NCBI GenBank assembly: GCA_020696385.1
Contig: JAEHCQ010000005.1
Coordinates: 72,311-136,310, forward strand
Length of the DNA stretch: 64,000 bases
Origin: Methanobacteriota archaeon
GTDB lineage: Archaea; Thermoplasmatota; Thermoplasmata; SG8-5; JAGLSY01
Direction: 5' to 3'
In this document: piece by piece, positions 44,543 through 53,544 of the stretch
How the letters are laid out: each line of letters begins with the position of its first letter
Numbering within the stretch: position 1 is the stretch's first letter
Position numbers and translations under genes: made by a program
The notes under the pieces: generated by a model
The model's database searches: none
The model's input: the letters and a program-made list of their open reading frames with translations, nothing else
What the model was told of the DNA's origin: nothing

Positions 44543-47500
44543 CTCTTCTTCTTCATAACATAGAACATTAATAGACCAAAGGAGACCGCGATGATAGTGA
44601 TCACCCCTCCGACTATTGGATCCTCTGTTGATGTGTCATATACGGAATCACCAGATATTGTGATGTTCCCATCATCCATGGATATCACAGGGTATGATAC
44701 AGACAAACTCTCTGAGTCAAATACGGAAGTATCCTTCAGGGAATTGGTTCCGATCACAAGAGAAACAGTCCTGAATGGATTATCGCTTATCTGTTCCAGA
44801 ATAACTGGTATGGTAGCCTTGCCCAGAGCAGGTATCGATACATTGAATACCTCGGTTCTATCATCAGACAGGTCACCTATTGTGTTTCCGAATGTGACAT
44901 TCCAACCATTGGTCCTCAATTCCTCTAAGTTGACGATATAAGCTGTCACATCATCATTATCATTACCAATATTGCTGATATCGACATTCCATTTCAATGA
45001 TCTACCGTCCATGGTAAGAGGTGTGGATGAATATCCAACTTCCAATCCATATGTCTGCTTGATAGAGACATCCAGATTAGTAGTCCTCTGAAGTCCCGGG
45101 CTCTTGGATGAAGCGACCGTGACAATGACCGGATCATGATTGACCAGGGAATCTTCTGTCACTGTGAACTTCGCGGTGAATGTGTACTTGTCACCAAAGT
45201 CGATCTCCACCCTTGGCTCTGATACTGAAGGAGACCAATCAGATCCGCCTCCATTTATCAACAGGTCATAGGTATCTGGAGCATTGCCAAGATTCTCCAC
45301 TGTGATCTCATATTCAACAACTGTTGTTGGAGATACAACTCCAGTGAACAATGGTTTTGAAGATATTGAAAGGTCAAAGACCTCCACCTTTTCCATAGGC
45401 AAGTTCCTTCGTAGATCATCCACAAGCTCGACCTGTGTATCAAGAGCGTATAAAACATCGATGTCGTTCTCGACATTGGTGAGCTCGCCTATCACATCAT
45501 AAGTCCCCTCGGGGAGCCAGATATTATAGTGACCATCAGCCTCTGTCGTGATGTTTATGCTACCATATTCACTATGGAAGTCAAGCATTGTCGCCTTGTT
45601 CTGATTAAGGTTGAAATAAACCTCACCAGAAAGACCATATCCCTCTTCCAATGATATATTCAATATTATCGTATCATATACACCAAAGTTGACGGAATCC
45701 ATGTATGCGTCATTTGTCTCGGAATTGTGAACATATACAACATATGAACCTGGAAGGACCAATGTTTCATAATGTCCATTGGCATCAGAGGTCACATGAT
45801 ATGTGTTATCCTCAGATCTAAAGGTAATATCAGTGCCGACATTGCTAGTAGCATCATCAACAAGTGTGATATTTCCTGAAAGATCAATGAAGAATTCCTC
45901 TCTTTGTAAGGTCAGATCCTTTTCAGCCATTGTACCAGCCATTGTGGAGACAGTGACATTACTGGTACTGTCATCCGCATTGAGGTAATATTCGTAAGCT
46001 GTTGTACCTGCTTCCTCCTGATAGCTTATGAATCCAATGTCGACCCTGTAATTCTTTCCACTAACAAGATATACGGAATATTGCGAATTCTCATCAGTCA
46101 TAGTAAAGATAGGATCATCATTTGACAGATCTGTGAACATTACTTCATGCCCTTCGAAGGTATCAGTTCCATAAGAGACCAGACCAGACAATTCAAATGC
46201 TGGTTTTAGCGATATGGGTAATTCAGACATGGCAGATATATTGAACACGTCACATTCCATGTATATGTCCTCTCCATCCGCATAGTGTGCCTGTATGATG
46301 TAATCACCAGGTACAAGGTATAGATCCATGCCCCCTACGTCAATATCTGCCCCCATGAACTCGGGACCTGTGAAAGAAATGTTTCCTGCGATCGAAGCAC
46401 CTTCGATCAGAAGCTCAGTATTGAATTTGACCCTTTCCTTGACGGTCAAGTTCATCTTGATGCTTGAGCCTGTGTTCAGGCCGGTGTACATGACGAATTC
46501 ATCATCGATCTGCAAGATCACGGTGTCATTGTCCTGCGTGATATTCTTCTCTATATTGACCGCGTACACGCCCGGAACAAGCTTGGCTGTGAATGTTCCA
46601 TCAGTCTCCATCTGAACAGTAGTATCAATTCCACCATCTGCAACAGCAGAAGTGAATTGGATCATGGCATTCTCACCAAGAAGCAATTCATCATCCTGGT
46701 AAATCACACCATCTACAGATACCATTTCAGGAACCATCTCTTCGATGAATGAAGCTGCCACCATCTGTGTGTGGGACATGCGTCCAAGATCTATTGAATG
46801 ATATCCGGTTTTGACTGCTTCGATCGTGTAATAAACATTGGTATAAAGTGATCTATTGGATATACCCAAAGAGTCAGTGACAGAAGTTATCACCTGGCCA
46901 TTGTCCAGTTTGTAATATATGACAACACCCTCAAGACCTTCTCCTTCCTGAGCGAAGCCATCGCCATCTATGTCTCTGTATATGACCATCGTATTCTCAA
47001 AGGCCTCTGCCAGAGATATTGGAAGATCATCATTGTTTGAATTAAAGGTCTGGCGAGATGCATACACAAATTCGCTAGAGTCATAGACCGCTGAAGAATA
47101 TACATCATATATTCCGGGTGGTACATTTATGCTGAAGGTTCCCTCATCATTGCTGATAGCGGTGAGGAGGAAATCATCATCCACGGACTTGATGTATACG
47201 GCCTGATTGATACCTGGCTGGTCTACATCTGTTCGTGAGACCTCTCCTTTGACCTTCACACCATCTACCAATTCGATGTCCAAGGCCATATTATTGAATA
47301 GCTCCATTCGTGAAGAGTATACATATTCCTTATCTCCGACAGGATAGCTGCAGTAAAGCATACTGACACCCACGCCGAGATTAGCATCGAAGTATCCATC
47401 ATCATCTGTCACCAGAAGAACATCATACTGATCACCGCCACCGAAGGTCACCCTTAGATTGGCCTGAGAAGCTGCTTTGCCACCAGGAAGTGATATTGTT

Positions 47501-50500
47501 CCCTGTAGTATTATTGAATCTTCCAGGGTCAAAGTTATTGTATTGTTCTCAAGGTACTTGATCTCTGTTGAGGTCAATTGACTTGCCTGGCCTTCGTATG
47601 TGGCCTGGATAAGATAATCACCATACAGAAGATTGTCGAACTCAAAGGATCCATTATCACCAGATATTGTGAATTTGGATTCTTCATTTCTAATCCATAT
47701 CTCAACTTCAGCTCCGATGACAGGCTCACCCTCTGGTGTATTGACTGTACCGGCCAAAGGCGTTGGCTCAAGTCCCCATTTACCCTCATTAGGTCCAGAA
47801 ACATAGGCCTGGCTAAGAGTTGTGATAGGCCTTCCTGCATATGATATTTCAATAGAAGCTGACCCAGGTACGAAATTATCGACCATGAGTCTTCCGTACT
47901 CATCTGTGGTTCCAGTGATACTCATCTCAAGATCATTGCTTGTTATAGTAACCTCTGCGCCCACCATAGCCTCATCATCCGCGGCTATGAAGGAGCCATC
48001 ATCGTTATTATCCCAGTAGACCATTCCATCAATGGAGGCACTTGGTATGACAACATCATGATTGATCAGATAGTCATATACGCCATCTCCATTCTTATCT
48101 ACTTTCTCTCTCATGGCCTGGTAATCCTCAATAAACATCTTTGTGGAGTTCAATTCAGAGCCGATGAGCGTCAATGGATTGAGCTCTCCATATGATACTG
48201 TGACCTTGATATCATCATATGGTACGATAAGTGAGTATTTGCCGTCCACATCAGTGGTCACCGTGTGATGAGGTATGTCGAAGTTATCATGGACTGTTAC
48301 ATGAGCGCCTTCAACAGGAGTTCCATCATCCAGGGTGACTGTACCACTGACTATGGCTCCATCGTAGTATTTCAAGATCATAACACCCTGATACATGCTG
48401 GATCTATCGCTTAGATCAGATATTCCATTTCCAGACAGCTGTTTTTCATAGGCATCCCAGAATTCAGTTGCCTCCCAGGCATCTGTGTGGTTCTGTATCT
48501 CACTCATACTGTATGGGTTCCAATAAGCAGTTCTGTGCTCCAGTTTGAAATGAGTCATGTTCCAAGCAGGCATGATAGGTGTTTCGGTCATGCTTGGGCT
48601 GACAGCAGGTATTCCACCATCTTCATTGGTCATTCCAACGTCTTCACCACTGTATCCTACAAAGGCCTTGTAAAGCATTGAATTGTAGAACATATCCTGG
48701 TATGCGATCTTGTATGGATTGGTTGGATCCAGGTTAACATCAGGTGGTACATCGCTGAGATCATATTCACCGCCGAATTCTCCAACTGCCTTTATCTGCC
48801 AGAAATCATATGGCTGATTACCTTCATCGCCACCTGTTATTCTGTGATCTGAAAGTTTTGCAGGCGCGTAGAAGATACCTGTGTTCTGTGCACTGAATGG
48901 GAATAATCTACTGTCTATTGCGAAGTATCTTATTGAATCTCCAGTAAGATCAGTAATATCACTATATAGAGATACTATCTCATCCAAGTCAAGGTTCTGT
49001 GTGATCTCTCCCCTGATAGCAAGATATCTTGCATTTGCAGACTGTATCACATCATCCCTTGGACTGTAAACATCAGGATTGGCCCATATCATTTCTTTGT
49101 AATCATCAGGGTTATCCAGCATATCCGCGATCCTATTGGAATCCAGACCATATGAATCGAGAAGAGTTATCATCTCAGGGGTCATCTGGGAATTACGATC
49201 GGACAGATCACCAAATCGATCTGCCTCTATTAACCTCGTGATAAGAAGACCTATGGCATCTGCCTCGCCCTGAGCCATTATGAAATTACCCGCCAACTGA
49301 TGACCACCTAAGAAGTTATCAGCAACTGTAGGGTGCTTACCTTCATTCACAGCCTCGAAACCATAATCCCACCAGCTAAGGTATGCTGGCCTGTCCTCAG
49401 GTGGATATATATCCGCATCCTGAGTTGCCAACCAATCATATGCTGCCGGGTAATATTTACTGTTCAATGGCAAGGAATATCCAAAGGCTCCAAAGTACCA
49501 GTTAGTTCCATTGACCGCATCGTAGGATTCTGGCTGCAGGAACAATGGCATGGTCTCATACACTTGTTTATCATAATCCAATTTTGTCTCATATGGTATA
49601 CCAGCATCAATTCCGGTCCATACATTTGGTAGAATTATGAAGAAGGCGAGGAATAGAACCCCAGCCACAAATGATATCTTGCTTTTCCTGATTATGAGTA
49701 GTAGTACAATATCAATAAAGAGCATGGCGCCGAGAATGAAAGCATGTGTTGCGGTTGTCAATTCCCAGTTACCGATGACAAAGCCATACATGTAGACCAG
49801 TGCCCCACATATTGGGACCAATAAGGCCAACAGATAGTATGTCCTGTTCGGGTTCAGCTCTGCAATTGTGTTCATAAGCAATACCGAGACAAGTCCAAGT
49901 ATTCCAACTACCAGAATAGCCATGGCAATTCCGATATTTGTGGAAAGACCGGCTACCACAGCCAACAATACCGCACCAGATATCAATAACCAGATCCTGA
50001 AGCTCTTGGGGATCGGGGCACTTACGAGACGCTTCTGCGTTTCAATGAACTCTCTGAAGTCAAGCTTCTCGATTATCAAAGCGGTTACCCATGCTGCTGT
50101 TACGGCAAACACAGGAGCTGCATTGAACATGAAACGAGCTGCGTTTATGGCCATGTAAATAGATGTCGCGGTCCATACCAGCATGAAGATATAATCGAAC
50201 TTCATGCGCTTTGGCAACTGATACGCTGCCCATGCAACACCAATAAAGGAAAGCCAGAAGGTCATAAGACCGAAAGAAAGTGCAAGGTTACTGAATGGTG
50301 GTGCTTGCGCCTCTGCAATGGTCTCATACTGCTTGTTCCTTACAAAGTATCCAGCTCCACTTGCTACCGCATTCATTATGGTATCATATGTTTCGGGTAT
50401 TGCCAGTTTCATGACGAATACTGTAATTATTGCAAGAACCAAAGAACCTGCTATGACCAATAGCCATGGAAGCTTCCTGGTGACCACCAATACCGCTCCT

Positions 50501-51744
50501 ATGGCCACAGCGGCCAGGAGTATGTATGTGGGAGTATCGAACCAGCTAGCTATCTGCAGTGATTGATAATAATACGGATATACTAACAGAAGTGCCAGAC
50601 CGACCGATATGAAATAGATCATGAGAACACCGAGAGAATCGACATTCCTCAGCCTGTCCATAAGCAACTGGATCAGAAGGTATACAGTCAATATAACAAT
50701 GACATAAGCATAACCTTTCCAGGTCAATGCAACGGCTGCCAGTGAAATAGCTGCCAGCATTGCGAATAGTATGGAATTTTTATTACTACGTATGAGATCT
50801 GGAACTCCGTCCCTGATCTGGTCCATTTTCATCCAGTCTTTGACCCATGTCTTCTCCTTCAGACCCTTCAAGGATTTCAAGAAGAAATAGAAGGTCAAAA
50901 CAATGAAGAATAGAGCGAATGCGTCGTGATCAGCGTTAGTAAGGACACTACGTTGAATATGACCAGGCATGATAGCCAGCAGGAAGGCGGCGATATAACC
51001 GGTCTTCTTGCCAAATACCTCACTGGCCAATAGATATGTAGGTACGATGGTCAAGGCACCCCAGAAAGCAGTTGAGAATATGAAGACATACCAGGTAGCT
51101 TCATAGTTATCTCCTCCAAAGAAAGGAGTTAGAGCTATGCCTCCGAGATAGACAGACCAGTCATAGAGCGGAGGACGTGGGTTCCTTGTGCCTACGGGAT
51201 AATTAAGCATATCATCCCAAAACCAAAGATCACCGGTTTCCTGAGCATTGGTGATCACAAAGTGGTGGTAATAGGAATCAGACCCACCAGATAGCAGAAA
51301 GCCATCTTCTGTGGCTGGTTCTAAACCAAAATATGCTCTCATGAACATTCCCAAAGAGAATATCACCATCAATAGCATTATCGTTTTCCAGTTCTTATCG
51401 AACCAGGAGCCCTGCCACTTGAGATTTAGGTTCATTGGCTTCTTCGCGGTCTCCTTTGCTGGTTTGGAATGCCCTTCGTCATAGTGCTTGGTCTTGAGCT
51501 TCTTCACTCCCCGTGGGAGATCTGGCTCTTCTGGCATTTCCTCGCCTGACTCGATCCCATTGTCATCCCCTGTGTTTGAAGCTGCCTTGTTCTTGAGCTT
51601 CTTCTTTTTCTTCAGGGATGGCTCTGGGCTGGATTCTTGAACCGTGGATTCAACAATAGTATCCTCGGTCTGCTCAGGTATCTCAACAACATCCGGCGCA
51701 TCAATAACGTCAGATGTATCCTCAATTTTCTTTTTAGTAGACAT
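44530..51744 (-). CDS. aglB: Oligosaccharyltransferase AglB/STT3 with very long C-terminal beta-sandwich extension (2404 aa)
   Basis: DSYYH, RPPLYD, DHD, TIAE, WWDYG motifs. Repeated G.V....G.P..GA.V / TD..G.Y carboxypeptidase-regulatory-like units. C-terminal TM. Confidence 0.9.
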   Translation of the reverse strand: MSTKKKIEDTSDVIDAPDVVEIPEQTEDTIVESTVQESSPEPSLKKKKKLKNKAASNTGDDNGIESGEEMPEEPDLPRGVKKLKTKHYDEGHSKPAKETAKKPMNLNLKWQGSWFDKNWKTIMLLMVIFSLGMFMRAYFGLEPATEDGFLLSGGSDSYYHHFVITNAQETGDLWFWDDMLNYPVGTRNPRPPLYDWSVYLGGIALTPFFGGDNYEATWYVFIFSTAFWGALTIVPTYLLASEVFGKKTGYIAAFLLAIMPGHIQRSVLTNADHDAFALFFIVLTFYFFLKSLKGLKEKTWVKDWMKMDQIRDGVPDLIRSNKNSILFAMLAAISLAAVALTWKGYAYVIVILTVYLLIQLLMDRLRNVDSLGVLMIYFISVGLALLLVYPYYYQSLQIASWFDTPTYILLAAVAIGAVLVVTRKLPWLLVIAGSLVLAIITVFVMKLAIPETYDTIMNAVASGAGYFVRNKQYETIAEAQAPPFSNLALSFGLMTFWLSFIGVAWAAYQLPKRMKFDYIFMLVWTATSIYMAINAARFMFNAAPVFAVTAAWVTALIIEKLDFREFIETQKRLVSAPIPKSFRIWLLISGAVLLAVVAGLSTNIGIAMAILVVGILGLVSVLLMNTIAELNPNRTYYLLALLVPICGALVYMYGFVIGNWELTTATHAFILGAMLFIDIVLLLIIRKSKISFVAGVLFLAFFIILPNVWTGIDAGIPYETKLDYDKQVYETMPLFLQPESYDAVNGTNWYFGAFGYSLPLNSKYYPAAYDWLATQDADIYPPEDRPAYLSWWDYGFEAVNEGKHPTVADNFLGGHQLAGNFIMAQGEADAIGLLITRLIEADRFGDLSDRNSQMTPEMITLLDSYGLDSNRIADMLDNPDDYKEMIWANPDVYSPRDDVIQSANARYLAIRGEITQNLDLDEIVSLYSDITDLTGDSIRYFAIDSRLFPFSAQNTGIFYAPAKLSDHRITGGDEGNQPYDFWQIKAVGEFGGEYDLSDVPPDVNLDPTNPYKIAYQDMFYNSMLYKAFVGYSGEDVGMTNEDGGIPAVSPSMTETPIMPAWNMTHFKLEHRTAYWNPYSMSEIQNHTDAWEATEFWDAYEKQLSGNGISDLSDRSSMYQGVMILKYYDGAIVSGTVTLDDGTPVEGAHVTVHDNFDIPHHTVTTDVDGKYSLIVPYDDIKVTVSYGELNPLTLIGSELNSTKMFIEDYQAMREKVDKNGDGVYDYLINHDVVIPSASIDGMVYWDNNDDGSFIAADDEAMVGAEVTITSNDLEMSITGTTDEYGRLMVDNFVPGSASIEISYAGRPITTLSQAYVSGPNEGKWGLEPTPLAGTVNTPEGEPVIGAEVEIWIRNEESKFTISGDNGSFEFDNLLYGDYLIQATYEGQASQLTSTEIKYLENNTITLTLEDSIILQGTISLPGGKAASQANLRVTFGGGDQYDVLLVTDDDGYFDANLGVGVSMLYCSYPVGDKEYVYSSRMELFNNMALDIELVDGVKVKGEVSRTDVDQPGINQAVYIKSVDDDFLLTAISNDEGTFSINVPPGIYDVYSSAVYDSSEFVYASRQTFNSNNDDLPISLAEAFENTMVIYRDIDGDGFAQEGEGLEGVVIYYKLDNGQVITSVTDSLGISNRSLYTNVYYTIEAVKTGYHSIDLGRMSHTQMVAASFIEEMVPEMVSVDGVIYQDDELLLGENAMIQFTSAVADGGIDTTVQMETDGTFTAKLVPGVYAVNIEKNITQDNDTVILQIDDEFVMYTGLNTGSSIKMNLTVKERVKFNTELLIEGASIAGNISFTGPEFMGADIDVGGMDLYLVPGDYIIQAHYADGEDIYMECDVFNISAMSELPISLKPAFELSGLVSYGTDTFEGHEVMFTDLSNDDPIFTMTDENSQYSVYLVSGKNYRVDIGFISYQEEAGTTAYEYYLNADDSTSNVTVSTMAGTMAEKDLTLQREEFFIDLSGNITLVDDATSNVGTDITFRSEDNTYHVTSDANGHYETLVLPGSYVVYVHNSETNDAYMDSVNFGVYDTIILNISLEEGYGLSGEVYFNLNQNKATMLDFHSEYGSINITTEADGHYNIWLPEGTYDVIGELTNVENDIDVLYALDTQVELVDDLRRNLPMEKVEVFDLSISSKPLFTGVVSPTTVVEYEITVENLGNAPDTYDLLINGGGSDWSPSVSEPRVEIDFGDKYTFTAKFTVTEDSLVNHDPVIVTVASSKSPGLQRTTNLDVSIKQTYGLEVGYSSTPLTMDGRSLKWNVDISNIGNDNDDVTAYIVNLEELRTNGWNVTFGNTIGDLSDDRTEVFNVSIPALGKATIPVILEQISDNPFRTVSLVIGTNSLKDTSVFDSESLSVSYPVISMDDGNITISGDSVYDTSTEDPIVGGVITIIAVSFGLLMFYVMKKKRWLR

Positions 51745-51923
51745 AGTTTCACCGAAATTCGACGGAATGTCCTTCTTCCGTTGTTCGAATGAATATATTT
51801 TTTTATTAATGGGTTATCGTCGCTGAAATATCCACTTTTATAAATACTTATGTATGATTTAGCAGTGTTATGGCATAAATATATCTATATATGGGTTATT
51901 TTAATTGAAAAAAACCAATTATG

Positions 51924-52637
51924 TCAGGGATTATTGGCGACAATATTGACATAAGCCGCCCATTTTCTGCTTTTCGGGGAAGAAGTGAGCAAACGATTAT
52001 CGATCTTGAAGGCCACACGAGACAATGCTCTTGTGATGCCTTTCAAAGGCCCAGGCATTCTTGGGACAATATGTGGCATGAGGTAGAAGGTTATGAAATG
52101 ATGATCGACCCTATCGGTCTTGAAATATCGTTTGACAACCTCTTCCAGATCATTGAAGGGAAGAGGTTTTTCGCCCTCATCATGGTGGGTGGTCGTTATT
52201 CTTTTCCTGACGATATTGGCAAAGGGATTACGATCCAAGGGTTCTTGGATGATCAAGAAACCACCTGGTCTCAGAACCCTTTTGATCTCCTTCAGTGCTT
52301 TATCCAGCTCATCTGGAACATGATGGAGCATCGCGTGAACCGTCACCAGGTCTGCGGAAGAATCCTTGAAAGGAAGATCCAATCCACTGCCAAGAATATG
52401 CCGAACATCATTATCTATGACTCTTGGCTCAAGATCTATGCATACGACCATGGCCTCGGGGTGGCTGGACCTTGCCTTGTTTCCAAAACTGCCGCTACCG
52501 CCTCCGATATCTATGATCAGATCAAGCTTCTCGCATCTGGCAGATACTTCGCCCGGTACACTATTAAGTGCCTTCCAACCCATTCGGTTAACCTCTGGGT
52601 CCACGTTCCAATCTACTTCCATTGTATCTATACTCAA
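51924..52637 (-). CDS. Class I SAM-dependent methyltransferase
   Basis: IIDIGGGSG, LPFKDSSADLV, LHHV, EIKRVLRPGG. Confidence 0.88.
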   Translation of the reverse strand: MSIDTMEVDWNVDPEVNRMGWKALNSVPGEVSARCEKLDLIIDIGGGSGSFGNKARSSHPEAMVVCIDLEPRVIDNDVRHILGSGLDLPFKDSSADLVTVHAMLHHVPDELDKALKEIKRVLRPGGFLIIQEPLDRNPFANIVRKRITTTHHDEGEKPLPFNDLEEVVKRYFKTDRVDHHFITFYLMPHIVPRMPGPLKGITRALSRVAFKIDNRLLTSSPKSRKWAAYVNIVANNP

Positions 52638-52768
52638 GGCAGTGGAACCTAATAAATATATTTATATCTACCCCATAAATAATAATAACATAAATAATGA
52701 TGATAATAATATTATACCACTAACAATAGGTTTTTATTCTCCCTGTATAATGAGGGTTCGGTGTTTAT

Positions 52769-53473
52769 TTGTCAGATAAGCCAAGAATAAAAACATACAT
52801 CCAGGGTTTGGATGAGCAATTGAATGGTGGGGTTCCAGTAGGGCACGTTTGCCTAGTATCTGGAATGCCAGGTACTATGAAATCTTCTGTTACCTACAGC
52901 ATACTCCATAACAATGCAAAGCATGGTGGAAAGAAAGGTCTTTACATTTCACTTGAGCAGGGCCGTGACTCTTTGATAGAGCATATGGATGGCCTTGGAA
53001 TGCCCAATGAAGAGGTTGATGGGTTAGTCAATATCGTTGATATCGGTTATCTCAGATTGAACATGGATACCTCATCTGAACAACAGAGCTGGATGCGAAT
53101 ATTCAAGATGTACGCGGAAAACCTCCATGTCAGCAATGAATACGAGATACTGATATGCGATTCATTACCTGTTCTGGAATTACTGGCAGATGTTGATAAT
53201 CGCCGAGCGGAATTATTCCATTTCTTCGGCTGGCTCAGGGAACTTGGTGTCACCACCTTCCTTATAGCCGAGGCATCGGATCAAGCAAATGTCGTGCATG
53301 ACGAAGACTTCCTGGCAGACGGTATCATCAGGCTGAGAAAAGAGCAGATGGGATACGATGTCAGCAGGCAGATCGTCATTGACAAGATGAGGACGACCAA
53401 ACACAATACTGGTTACTTCAGTCTGATGCTCGATGGAGAGCCCTTCTCGATAACACGTGTTATCGGGGATTGA
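52769..53473 (+). CDS. KaiC/RAD55-family single-domain ATPase
   Basis: GLDEQLNGG, GMPGTMKS Walker A, YISLEQ, ICDS, ADGII, KMR. Confidence 0.9.
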   Translation: MSDKPRIKTYIQGLDEQLNGGVPVGHVCLVSGMPGTMKSSVTYSILHNNAKHGGKKGLYISLEQGRDSLIEHMDGLGMPNEEVDGLVNIVDIGYLRLNMDTSSEQQSWMRIFKMYAENLHVSNEYEILICDSLPVLELLADVDNRRAELFHFFGWLRELGVTTFLIAEASDQANVVHDEDFLADGIIRLRKEQMGYDVSRQIVIDKMRTTKHNTGYFSLMLDGEPFSITRVIGD

Positions 53474-53544
53474 AGCCTCTCGAAATAGCCTATTAAAATT
53501 GATTGATTAGCCTCGGCTCTGTTAATCAAATGAGCTATTCTGTT

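Noticed and set aside
52650-52745. AAT-rich low-complexity tract
   Set aside because: Explained as a divergent promoter region.
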